The position numbers and the translations under genes are program-made. This document shows, piece after piece, positions 11,360 to 23,400 of a DNA stretch of 43,189 nt; the stretch's first letter is position 1, and every line of letters begins with the position of its first letter. The stretch covers positions 1 through 43,189 of the forward strand of contig MEDY01000350.1 of the NCBI GenBank assembly GCA_001724265.1. Reading direction: 5' to 3'. Source of the stretch: Rhizaria sp. SCN 62-66 (lineage: Eukaryota). Under the pieces are notes generated by a model. That model was not told where the DNA came from. It saw only the letters and a program-made list of their open reading frames with translations, and made no database searches.

Positions 11360-12429
11360 GATGGGATGTCTTTGGATAAAATTGCAAAAGTAACAACGGC
11401 CTCGTTGAAACGTGCAATCTTGCGCAAGATCAGGGTCAGACCCTCTCGATGCGCTGCTGACCGACCACAAAAAATCCCACCGGCCGACCGTGGGCGACGA
11501 AGACGAAGGCAACTCGGACCGAAAAAAGGCGAAGGGGACTGACTCGAAAAACTGAGAAAGTGTCTATCCTGCACTATGAATATGGGAAATAAAGATAAAC
11601 TAATAAGGGTCGTGTAGACAAAGTTTGTTTATATGCGAAAATGTACTGTGCTGTCCAGAAAACTGAAGATATAAGTGGGAAAAGGCATGTCGGAGGTGTG
11701 CGTGGTGGGCTGTTTAGTTGGGCTTAACCGCGCCTTGCCCGTTCGAGAATCGCCGAAAAGAAGGGCTTCAAGCGGGCGCGGGGAATCATAAAATTGTTTA
11801 TGGAAGTTTGTTTATGCCGTAAATGCGCGTGTTCGTCTTACTTTTTTTTATTAAACTCTAATTGGAATAGCACCAACGGCACAGGAGCTCTTTTAGAGAC
11901 CCCTATTGTTGTTCTTGTCGACCGTCGCTGGAGCCCTTTTTAGCCTGCACGGGACGAGCTCACGCTTCCCTTTGCCAGCCAATACCGGATTTGTCTCAAC
12001 GATCTTAACTCACAAAATAGGCTTCTCCGCCACCGCCCTCTGTTTTCACCCTATAATCTCCTTTCCTCAGCTCTCTATACCGGAAGATTCGTCTCCCCCG
12101 CTCTTATCCTCGAAACCCAACCACTCTCTCGCCGGCCCTCCCTCGCCCGTCCTGTCGCCCGCGCCCGCCCGCCACGCCCCGCGGACCGCGCGCGCTCGCT
12201 TTTGTCGCAGAGAATCTACCCCCGCACGCCCCTGATACCGCGCGCAGCGCCAATTTGGCCTCGCCACTGCCTGTTTTCTAACCGCTAAAGTCAGCAACCC
12301 CACCGGTGCCTCTTTGCGAGTGGATTGTCGTAACTGACCCCTGTCATTCTTCCTTGGCTTTATAACGGCGCGTGCCGTCGCCCTCTGCGTTGTCTAAGCT
12401 CTTTGTGGCGGTAGTAACTGCTCCAACTA

Positions 12430-13977
12430 ATGCCTCCTGTCACCCGCCCCCTCTCAGCAGCAGCAGCCGCCGCCGCCGCCGCTGCTCCCAACCAACAACA
12501 ACAGCAACAGCAACAGCAACAACCGAGCACTAGTGCGACTAACAATGCGGGTGTGACAGGGACGCGTGCCTCATCCCGCCGCTCCACCGCCGCTACCGCT
12601 GCCGCTGCCACTGCCGCTGCCGCCGCCAGCGCAAGCATTTCCACCACAGCTTCCCCTGCGACGACTGGGCTCGTTGCGACTGCCAACTACGCCAACACTC
12701 TCACGGGCCGCAGCAGCAGCAACAGTAACAACAACAACAACAACAACAGCAGCATTAATGCGCACTCGAACGGTAGCGTTACCTCCGGTAATAATAACAA
12801 CAACAGTAGCAACAGCAGCAGTGACAGTGTTGTAGTGCCGCCACAGCATTTCGCCCGCAGCTCCCTTAGGCCCCTCGCCCCGCGGCCACGGCAAATCGCC
12901 TCAGCGGCGCATATTGGCGCGATTGCACTGTCACCGCCGCCGCTGGCTACGATTGCTGAAACAACAGCAACAACAACAACAACATCAGCAACAGCTAATG
13001 ATGATGCGACCGTGCCAAGAGGAACAGTGAACGAAAGTGTCAATGCACCTGCTGTTTCTGCTGCTGCTGCTGTTGGGGCTGCTGTTAGTAGTGTTGGTGC
13101 AGCAATTGCTCGCACCGGCTCTGGATCAAGCGTTAGTGGCAGTAGTAGTACTGCTGCTGCTGCTGGAAAAGGCCGGACGAGGGCGAACAAGTCAAGCAAC
13201 GCTGCTGTATCTACTAATGCCACCGCTAGCGCGACTGTAAGTGCAAAGAAGCAGGGACTGCAGCAACAACAGCAGCAGCAGCAGCAGATTGTCAGCTCTG
13301 GGAGTCGCAGTCCAAACGTTGCTATGACCGCTGACAGCAACAACAACAACAACAACAACGACAACAACGGAATCGATGATGCTAGCGAGGAAGATGAAAC
13401 TGACACCTTCCATGTCACTGACTTCAACCATCATGGACACAGCCACTTAAGCACGTTTCAACGCATGAGCATTAACGTCGACCTTCGCACTCCAACTAGT
13501 AGCAGCGCCAGCAGCAGCAGCAGCAGTGTCAGTACCAGTCCTAATGTCAGTGCTGCAAACAGTGTCAATGCGAGCACTAATGTAAGTGCGGGTGTAAGTG
13601 TGAATGCGAGCCCGAGTGTGACAACGTGGTCAATGCGCAGTGCGACTGTCAACAGCACAAGCCGTAGCATTCGCAATAGCAGCCCTCAGAACAACAGCAG
13701 CAGCAGTAACAACAGCATTCGCAGCAGTCCCAACAACATCAACAACAGCAGCAGCAACAACAACGCTAAAACGAATACTAGCGTCAACAACAACAGCAAC
13801 AGCGACATGTTGATTCCTCCTAATCATATTCATACTACTCACGGCAACCGCACCACATATACGAACGCTGCTGCAACTACTGCTAATACTGCGAACTCGA
13901 GTCCTAACGCGGCTAATGTTACGGCTAGCGGCTTAACTTCGATTCCTGGCTCACAGTCACTCCCTCGTCAGAGCCAG

Positions 13978-14010
<33 letters not shown>

Positions 14011-17000
14011 AGCAATGCTGCGCAAAGCCCGTCCTTAGCTCACAGTCACTCTGCCCACAGTCACCCCACGGGTTCCGGGACCTCTGCTGCTCACGGTCAC
14101 TCCGCGAGTGCGCATAGTCACCTGCACTCTCATAATAACTCAGCATCATCGTCGTCCTCTACAACTGCCTCGGCCGCCTCTGCCTCAGCCTCAGCCTCTG
14201 GTTCAATGTCATCTATGGCGACATCGCTGGCGGCGGCAAATGCGGCTCGTTTGACTGCAGGCCTGCCCACCCCGCTGGCCATCACCCTCGCGACCCCGGA
14301 GACGGCGACCGTCGCCGACGCTCTGCTCCCGCGGCAGCTCGTCGCGGCACTCAACATCACGCTCGCCCGCGCCTGCGCGTTGGCCCCGGCGACTGCTCTG
14401 TCGCGGTACGCGCCGGCGCATCCCCAGAGCCACTCTCAGCATCACCACCAGAGCACCAACAACAATAACAAGAGCAACAACAGCAGCTACAGTTATTGCG
14501 CACAGAACGGTCCTTGTGCTGCTGCTGCGGTTATGGTGTCGAATAGTAGTCATTATAGCGACAGGCGTGGTGGTGGGGTGTCGGACAGTGGAAGGACCCC
14601 CTTAGACGGGGTGAGTTCCCCCTTACCCAGCGACGACATCCCGCACAGGCCGCACGCGCCAAGCCCTTACCTCCCGCTCACTCAAAGTCAAGCCGCATCC
14701 GCGTCTGCAACTGCGACGGCGACGATGGGTACTCAGAATAGTTCAAGCACCCTCCTGCCACTCAGTGACACTGCTATGAATCAACCACACCAGCAGCAGC
14801 ACTTGCAGCCCCACATGTCCCTTCGCCGTCTCCGCACTCTCCTGCACTCGGCGAAGCGGCTCGATCGTGACTGCCGCCGCGCCGCCGCCGCCACCGCTCT
14901 GGCGCGCAAGCTCTCCGGGCTGATCGGAGACCTGGTGCGGTTGGGGGCCTCGGCGGCGGGCGCGTCGGCGGCGGCGGGCGCGGCGGGGGGGCTGGGAGCG
15001 GCACTGTCCTCGCTCAAGACGCCTGAGGCGGAGACCTTGCTGAGGGCTTCGGCGAACCAGCAACGGCTCCGTCAGCAGCAGCAGCAGCAACAACAGACAC
15101 AGGCGCAGTTTCAGTCGCAGCAATCGCAGAGTCAGACGCAGAGTCAGAGGGCAGAGGTACTCAGCGCCCATGTAAGTACCCTAAGTCCTGAAGCGACCGC
15201 TGCTGGCTTGGCCTCCACAGCCGCCTCTGCCGCCGCCAACGCCAGCGCGAGTGCTGTGAATACGATGATGGGTGACTATGACCACTAGCAGCAGCAAGAG
15301 AGCTCTCCAGTTTCTGCCGCGCTGCCGGAAATGGAGATGTTCACCCATCCTGACCCCACCGCGCCCGCAATCGCGAGTCAAATGCCTTATTCGCGGCCTC
15401 AGGCGCTGGCGCTGTCGATTCGTTCTGACTTGCTCGAGCTCAGCAACAACAACAACAACAACAATACCGGCACGAACGGCAGCAACACACCGCAGCAGCA
15501 GCAGCAGCAGCAGCAAGGTGCAGCTGCGTTTTCCCTGTCGCCCACTGCAACAATGCCGAGCACAGGCAACAACAACGGCAGCAGCAGTAGCGCTGTGAAC
15601 AACGACCTGTCCCCGGCTTTGGCGCGGTCAACCCTCGCCCACTTGTTCGAGGCCACCCGCATCGGCCTCATCCGCCTCGTCGAGTCCGAGCGCATCGCGA
15701 TCAAAACCCTTCTGGGCCGGGCCAACGAGGCGCAGACCGAGCCAGTTGGCATTCCGCTGCTGCGGATCGAGCGGGAAGTCGCCGCTCTGCATGCAGCGTT
15801 CGCGTTCTTCCGCGGCATGCCGTCGGCGGGCGCAGTGCTGGCCTCGCTGTTGCACGGCACAAGCCCCACTCCCGCTTCCGTTCCTCCAGCCCCTGCCACT
15901 GCCGCCGCTGCCACTGCCGCCGCCGCCGCTGCCACTGCGAACGATGCGACTGCTAGCTACAATAATATTATGAGTCTGAGCGGCAGCCATCACAACGGCA
16001 GCAGCGGGGGCGTGGAGAGTCCCAGTGACGCTAGCAGCGCTGGCGGTGGCAGAATGAGTATGCTGATTGCTAGCGGAGCCCTGCCTGTCGCTGAGGAAGC
16101 TGCTGCTGCCGCGGTCAGTGCAGCTGCGCTGTGCGCCGCGACGGCAGCGGCCGAGGCTGACCACCTGCAGCAGCAACAGCAGCATGTGCCGCAGATGCAG
16201 CAGCATGAGATGCTGTATCAGCATATGCAGCAACAGTACTCCAGCGCTGGCGATAATGTCAGTGCCGACGGTCTGAGTACCTCTGCCAGTGTCAGCGAGA
16301 GTGTAAGTGCTGCTTTGGGGAAGCGTGCCCGTGTGGCCGCCACCGGAACCGCCGCCGCCACTGCCGCTGCCGCTGCCACTGCTACTGCCACTGCCACTGC
16401 GACAGCTGCTGCGAACAAGGCAAAGACTGCAAAGGCCGCGAAAGCGAGCTCTAAGGCGACAACCAAGTCTCCCAACCCTAAGACGAATCGTTCCACCAAC
16501 AGCAGCAGGAGTTCCGGTGAAGACCCTGCTGCTGCGGCTGCTGCTGATGGTAGCAGCGGCTTTGGTGCAGCTCCAAACAACGGGGGCACTCCTCTGGTGT
16601 TCACTGCAACCGTTACTGGTGGCGCTCAGGTGAAGGCGAGTGCGGGTGTGAAGTCTCGTAAGGCCAGCTCAGTCGTTAAAAACAGCAGCAACGATGATGA
16701 CGATGACGATGATGGCAGTGAGGATGATGAGGGCGATGTAAGTACCTTGGTCCACTTACCCGCTCCCACAGTCGATAACACCACGAGCACGAGTACGATC
16801 GGCGGAAGCGGCACTCTAAGGGGCGGCAATCTAAGGGGGCTGAAGCGTCCACTTAGCTCGCCTGACTCACACTCAGCCGCTGCTGCTGCTGCCGCCGCTG
16901 TAGCTGCAGTGACTGCCGCCGCCGCGTCTCTGTCCACTGCAAACGAGTCTTCCCTTAACGGCGTCGATAATCCTAACCTCGTGGACTACGACAGCGAGAA

Positions 17001-17433
17001 CGCGTTTGCCAACTTTGACAACATCAACAACTCTGCTATCGACGTCAACACCACAGCTGCCACTGCTGCTGGTGGTGAGTTTGACTTGAGTCTGAACGTT
17101 GCCGCCGCCGCAACCGCCGGTGCCGCCGCTGGGGTAGATCCTGGCGCAGACGCCGCTGACGCTTTGATCACGGAGCTACAGCCTCAAAACACTCAACACC
17201 CAGTTACGGCCGCCTTCTTAGACGTCATCACTTCGCGCATGCTGCTGTTCTGCAACGCGACGGATGCTTTGCGTGTTCTCACGCGCCGCCGCATCTACTT
17301 AGCCGCGCTGCTGAAGCGGCTGCTCGTTGTAAGGGGGTACTTAGCGGGCGTCTCTGTCCGCATGTCACATACAGTCGCTCAGATCCGCTGGCTGGCACAA
17401 ACACTACTCGCCTCTGCCCCCCCAGTACAACAA

Positions 17434-17467
<34 letters not shown>

Positions 17468-20400
17468 GAGAACTCGTGGGTGCTTCTGACGTCAGTACTC
17501 GTGCGCCCCCGAGCGTGAGTTACAACATCGGCAATGCGTGGGGACTCGCAGATGCGCTTGAATTAGCACACCCCACGTCTTTCACTCTCAGCGCGTGCAA
17601 CAACAACAGCAACAGCAATAGTGGTGGCAACGGCACCGGAGCCTCGGCCTCGACCTCAGCCTCGGCCCCTGTCTCAGCCTCTGCAAGCCCTGGTAACAGC
17701 AATGGTGGCAGTGACCCTTGCTCCCTGTTAGCCTGCTCCACAGCTCGGACTGGGAGCACTGGTGGTTTCATCCCTTTCGCCACCGCCGCACACAGCGACG
17801 TCGTCGTCGCACTGAACCACTTCCCGCAGCCGGCTTCACAGCACGGCGGCGCTGGCCCCGGGTTAGACCCCTTTGCGTCCCCCATCCTTACGGTCAGTAG
17901 CGGCGGCAGTAATCAGGGGTCTGTGGCGACGGCGCCTGCGGCGGCTTCGGCGGCGGCAGCAGCGGTGGCCGCGGCGGCGGCCGCGGCGATTAGCGCATCC
18001 GCCACTCGCGCCAACAGCTCCTCCCTCTGCCCCGCAACAGAAGCCAACGCCCACGCATTCGGCCTCATCGCCCACCACTCCCCGTGTCCCGCCGCCATCG
18101 CCATCGGGCCGCTGGACGTGACCGCCACTGCGGCGGCCACCAGCGCGCCCGCGCCCTCGACCTCCGCCCTTATGACGACGCACCATGCTCACACCCACGC
18201 TATAGACAACGCGGCAGACGCAGCAGGTGCGACTGCGGTCACCACGAGTACCAGCAGTTCTCTCCCGGTCTGCGATGGTGTTCATACCACCGGCGACGAT
18301 CAATCATTTTTCGCGTCCCCCAGCGAAGCCGATTTTTTCGGCCCCGCCGACGCCGCTTCGCTCGCCGCGGCACTCGTCCTGCCGACAGCCCCCACGGCCC
18401 CGCGCGCGCACCCGCTGCTGCTGGCGCGCGCATACGCCAACGACACCGCCGCCACGGCCGCGGCGTCCGCGCTGGCTCAGTCGGCGCTGAGTCTGGTGCC
18501 TCAGCGCGCGTTCAGGCATCCGCCGGTGAGTTTGGCGCGGGTCGGAGCGCCGGCGGCGGACAGGAAGTGCCGCGTCTGCCACGGCCGGGGCGCTATGGCG
18601 CTGCAGCGACTGGACAACAGCAACGCTCTTCGCAACAATCTTAGTAATAACAACGATGACGACCACGAAGACGAGAGCTCCGCGAAGTCGACTTCTTCTA
18701 AGGGTGTACTTCGAGGTGTAAGTGGAGGGTGGGAAGATGCTGGTGACCCGCTCGGCGCGCTGCCACTGCGTCACGTTGCTGTCTTTATCACTGAAGCCTG
18801 GGGCAACAACACTGATTCCCTTATCAACGACATTAGTCAGAAGAATTCTCTCTCTCGTAACACTCGCACTCACTCTCTTCTGGTTCAGAGCAAGAATGGC
18901 GGCGACTGCGAGGCCGATGCGTCACTGGCGGCTCTGGCAGCGCCGTACCGCTGCCACTGCGAGCTGCCTCCTCTGCCGGCCTCAGTCTGGACGCGGGTGC
19001 AGAACATCGCCTCAGAGCCCCTGACAGCGACTGCGTCCCCCTTAGACGCGCCCGTCGGCACCCCTCAGATCGCGGCCGACTCCAACACCAACGCCAACGC
19101 GTTGTCAGCGGCGGCCGAGGCGCTGGTGACTGCGCTGGCGCCAGACCCGCGGGTGCGCACGGTCACGGGTACCCAGAAAAGCAAGACGGGGGTGACTGGG
19201 GTGGGTAATAGCAAGCAGAGGAAGAATCGTAAACTCAAGAGCCAGAGCCAGAGTCATAGCCAGCAACAAAAGAGTCAAGTGGCTGCTGTTGTTGCTGCTG
19301 CTTTCGGTGATATCGACGACGATGATGATGAGGATGACAGTGTCAGCCACAGTAGCAATGACGGTAGTCATGGCAGTGGCAGTGACGACAGCCGGCAGAA
19401 TGCAAGTACCCCCTTGGACGACGAGGATTCGACGGTAATGCTGCCGTCTGGCAGCGCTGCGCTGTGGAGCCAACCTGGGCAGTCGCTACTGACCCACGCT
19501 ACCAAGGCCCTTACACTGCAACAACAAAGCAATAGCAACGTTGCTACATCCTTGAACAGCTCTTCTGTTGTTTCTGGGTCTAATGCTGGTCGTTGCGTGA
19601 TTGCAACGCCCCAGTTTGGCACGATTGCAGCCGCGTCTGTCGCTTTGGTGCCGTTTGTCCGCCGTGCGAAGGCCAAGGAAGTGGCAACGCAGGTGTCCCA
19701 CTCGCACCAGCGTCTAAGTACCCCTGCTGATCTAAGTATCCCCTCAGCCTCAGTCAAGAAGACCTCCGTGGTTACGACGACGACCACTGTCACCGCGACC
19801 GCGACGACAGTTGCGACGACTGAGCTGGCCCTGCTGGCCCTATCAGCGCGGGCTCAGGTCACCACAGCGCTGGCGGCGGGCGCGAATGCCGCGGATGCGT
19901 GGCTCGCTGCGACCGCGACGGCTCTCGTCGAAGCGCAGTGGCTCCCGCGGTCGCTGCTGAACGCACAGCCATCGCCCCAGTCGTCGTATGCGACCAACGA
20001 GCACCCCATGAGTGCGCTGTTGCGTGCGCTGCGCACGAAAGTTAAGCCGCCTCGCCACAACAACAATGACAATCACAAGACTAGCAGTTCTGCTAACGCT
20101 GCGAAGACTGCGACTGTCAATGACGACGATGACGCAATTGCATCTGCTTCTGTGTTGTCGCCATCTTCATCCAAGGGCGCTGCCAGTGAGTTTGGCACTT
20201 ACCCACAGCCGCAGTGGGCGTGGGACACTTACAAGGGCGACGATGACCCTTTAGACTCAGCGCAACCTGTGCGCACTGCAGCTCAAGAAGCGCAGAGGAG
20301 GGCGTTCCCGTGTGGCCGGCTCCGGTTGCGGCGTCACACTGGCGCACAGTCACGCTCAGAGGCACAGTTTGTCAAGTCACAGCCACAATCGCATGCACAG

Positions 20401-23400
20401 TCTGCTGCGGGTGTTGATGGTAGCTCTGAGAGTGAGCGCAAAGAGGATGACATTCAGAGTGCCAGCGCTAATGCGAGTAGTAACGATGTTGGCGACGCGT
20501 GTTTTGACAGCGATATTGATGATGACGACGCTTTTATTCTCAATATCACGAACAAAGCGAATACTAACAAGCGTGTTACTACCTTTGGCGATGATCTCAG
20601 TCCTTTTGGCGAGGATGTCAGCACTCTGTCGACCCCTTACGTGGACTCGGACCCTTACAGCGCCGGGTACTTAGACCATATCGAGGCCCTTACATCCCTG
20701 CTCGACTCGGGCCACGCTCTCGCATCAACTGCGGCCCGCCTGCTCACCCTTACCCCGTCTAAGTACCCTCTTAGCCCGCGTAAGTGTTCCTCCGCGCGCC
20801 GCTTAGCCGCGTTCCTGGTCGCCCGCTACTGCTTTTGTGACCGCTGCTGCGCCCAGTTAGGGCTCAGCTTTGTCCTGCCGGACTCGGGGCCGGTGCCGAC
20901 GGGGGCCACGTTGACTGGCGTTGGAGCACGCTCGGTGCAAGTCATCACGACAACAACGCAAAATACCACTGCGTTCACGAACGCAACCTCGAGTTTGAGT
21001 AGCGCTCGTGCCGGTGCCTCAGCGATGAGCGATGACTCTGCCGTGAGTGCAAGCATGAGTGCTGGCGCGACCCCCTTAGACAGTGTAAGGGTGACCGTGA
21101 GCCGCCGCGTGCGCCGCACCGCTTCCGCTCCCCCCATCGCGGGCTTCGCAGTGACTGACTATGCGGCCAACTCGATCGTGCTGCCGCTGCCGACGCCGCG
21201 ACTCGCGCCGTTGCCTATCGCGGGCTCTGCTGTCACATCCACGAACAACAACAGTGGCAGCAACAACAACAGCAGCGGCTATAGTGTTAGCAGCAACAAT
21301 CCGGATGCCATGACTGCGAATGTCAACGGCGGTGCGTTGACCGAAGTCACTGCTCTCCGCGGAACCACTGACGGCTTAGCTTTGATGATACCCCACGGTC
21401 ACCACCACAGTCGCAATGCCAGTGGCGGCGGCGGCGGTGTGGGCACCGGTGGCGCTCACGGTCACTCTGGTAGTAGTTTCAGCGCGCCTGAGAAAGGTTC
21501 GCTCCGGTCACTGGCGTCATCGCGCCGCTCTTCACTCTCCAACAGCACTACCAACAACAGCAACAACAACAGCAGCGCCAACGCTCCCGAAGTGCAGAGC
21601 GCTGTGCCGCAGTTGCAGCTGCAGCTGCTATCCCCGGTGCTCGTGCGGGCGCAAGCGGCGAAGATGATGTCTATGCTGCGCCTTGCACACTCGCTCCCGT
21701 TCATCGTCACCAACTACGCCAACAACAACAAGGCCCGTTTGCGCTCACAACAACAGCAACGATTGCGACAGCAAGCCTTCTGTCTGTCACTGTCGCAGGC
21801 ACAAGCGTCGTCGGTGCTGCCGCTGTGGCAGCCGATGCCAGCGTCGAACGGCTTCATCGTCCTCGCACCACCCGAGTCTGTTGAGCTCACATTCAGCAAC
21901 GACTCCAGCTTCTGCTCTGACCCCGCCAGCAACGGCTACGATGGCAAACGCTCTCGCACCCGTGCCAGTGCCAGTAGCGCGGGCTCGAGCTCGAGCTCGA
22001 GTGGTGTTGCTTCAGCGTCTGATCGCAAGCAACAGCTGCGGCGGCAGAAGCAACAGGAGCGGCGGCAGAAGCAGCAGCAGCAGCGGTTGCTGTTGCAGTC
22101 GCTGCTCGGTGATGAAGGCCAGGGCGCGGCGAAGATCTCACAGCTTTCCTTTGCCAACGCTGTGATTAACGGTACGATTGACATCAGTCACGAAGACCAA
22201 GGCGTTGCCTACCAAGCTGGAAACGAAAACAAGAGCGATGAAGAGCAAAAAGTCAAGCCGCCTTCTGGTGTCAACACTGCGAATGACTGTGAGCTCTGTG
22301 ACTGTGGCAGCTGCCACTCGTTCAACAACAACAGCGCTGACAGCGGCTCTAGTGCGAGTGCGAATGCAATGAGTGACGATGTTGTTGTTGTGACGAGGAC
22401 TTGTACAGATGCGTGTAAGTACCCCTTAGACTCTGACCTTGTCGCTCTAGACACGCTTTACCTGCCCTTGTCCAACACCAGCAACGATAACGAAAGCATC
22501 ACCACTCTGAACACCCTCCTCCGCAATACCTCCAGCAGCAACGCATCGTCTTTAAGTCCTCACAGCGACAACGTGGCCGCTGCGAGCACTGCGTTATCGG
22601 CCGCGCTGCACTCCGCCGCCGCCCCTGTGCCCGCCGCGGCCGCTCTGCTCACAGTCACCCACTCTCTATCCAGTCTCTGCACGCTGGCGAGCACGTTCGC
22701 GGCCGCCGCCGATCTGTGGTGCTGCGACGATCCCGCCATCGACGCCGCCGCCGCCGCGCTCGTGTCGACCTCGTTCGCGATCCAGAGCATTGGCAACGTC
22801 CACGGCACGCTCGGCGTCGCGAGTATTTACGACACCCCGCGCACGCCGCTGCATTTATCGCGGCATGATACTTTCTTGTTCCCTGGACTGGCGGAAATCG
22901 GACTGGGCAGCGCGTCTGCGGCCGCTGCAGTCGCGGCCGCGGCGGCGCAGGCGACCAGCGCGAGCAGCATCAACGCGAGAACTAGCAGTAGAAACGCTCA
23001 CAACAACGCAAACGATGGCAACGATAAAGACGACGATCCTCTGGACGAGAACGCTGCTACGAGTGCGAATGCGAGAGTCTTTGACTCGCCTGTCGTCGTC
23101 GCAGTCACCACGACCGCAGCCACTCCGTCTTTCACGCCCATCAACGCCGCCGCCGCCAACATCGCCACCAACATCGCCACTACCAGCAGCGCCGCCGCTG
23201 CCAACGCGCCTCTCAACGACCTCGCTGCCTCAAGCTCTGGCTCCGGCTCTGACGCTGGCGCTAGCGGCGGCGTTGGGGCTGGGTCGAGCACCACTGGCAC
23301 GACGGCCAATAGCATCCTCTACACGGTCGCCGATCTCGTGCTCATGTGCTACGCTGAGGCCGCCGCCAGTCTGCGCGACCTCGAGCAGGCCTCTCTGCTG

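Noticed and set aside
17329-22429. The 15-16 nt GTAAG...TTAG motifs as Stentor-like tiny introns
   Set aside because: They occur in both orientations and in a UTR, some begin with CT or end with AC, and excising the 16-nt copies would break long open frames. The 15-nt copy at 22415 cannot be excluded without RNA data.
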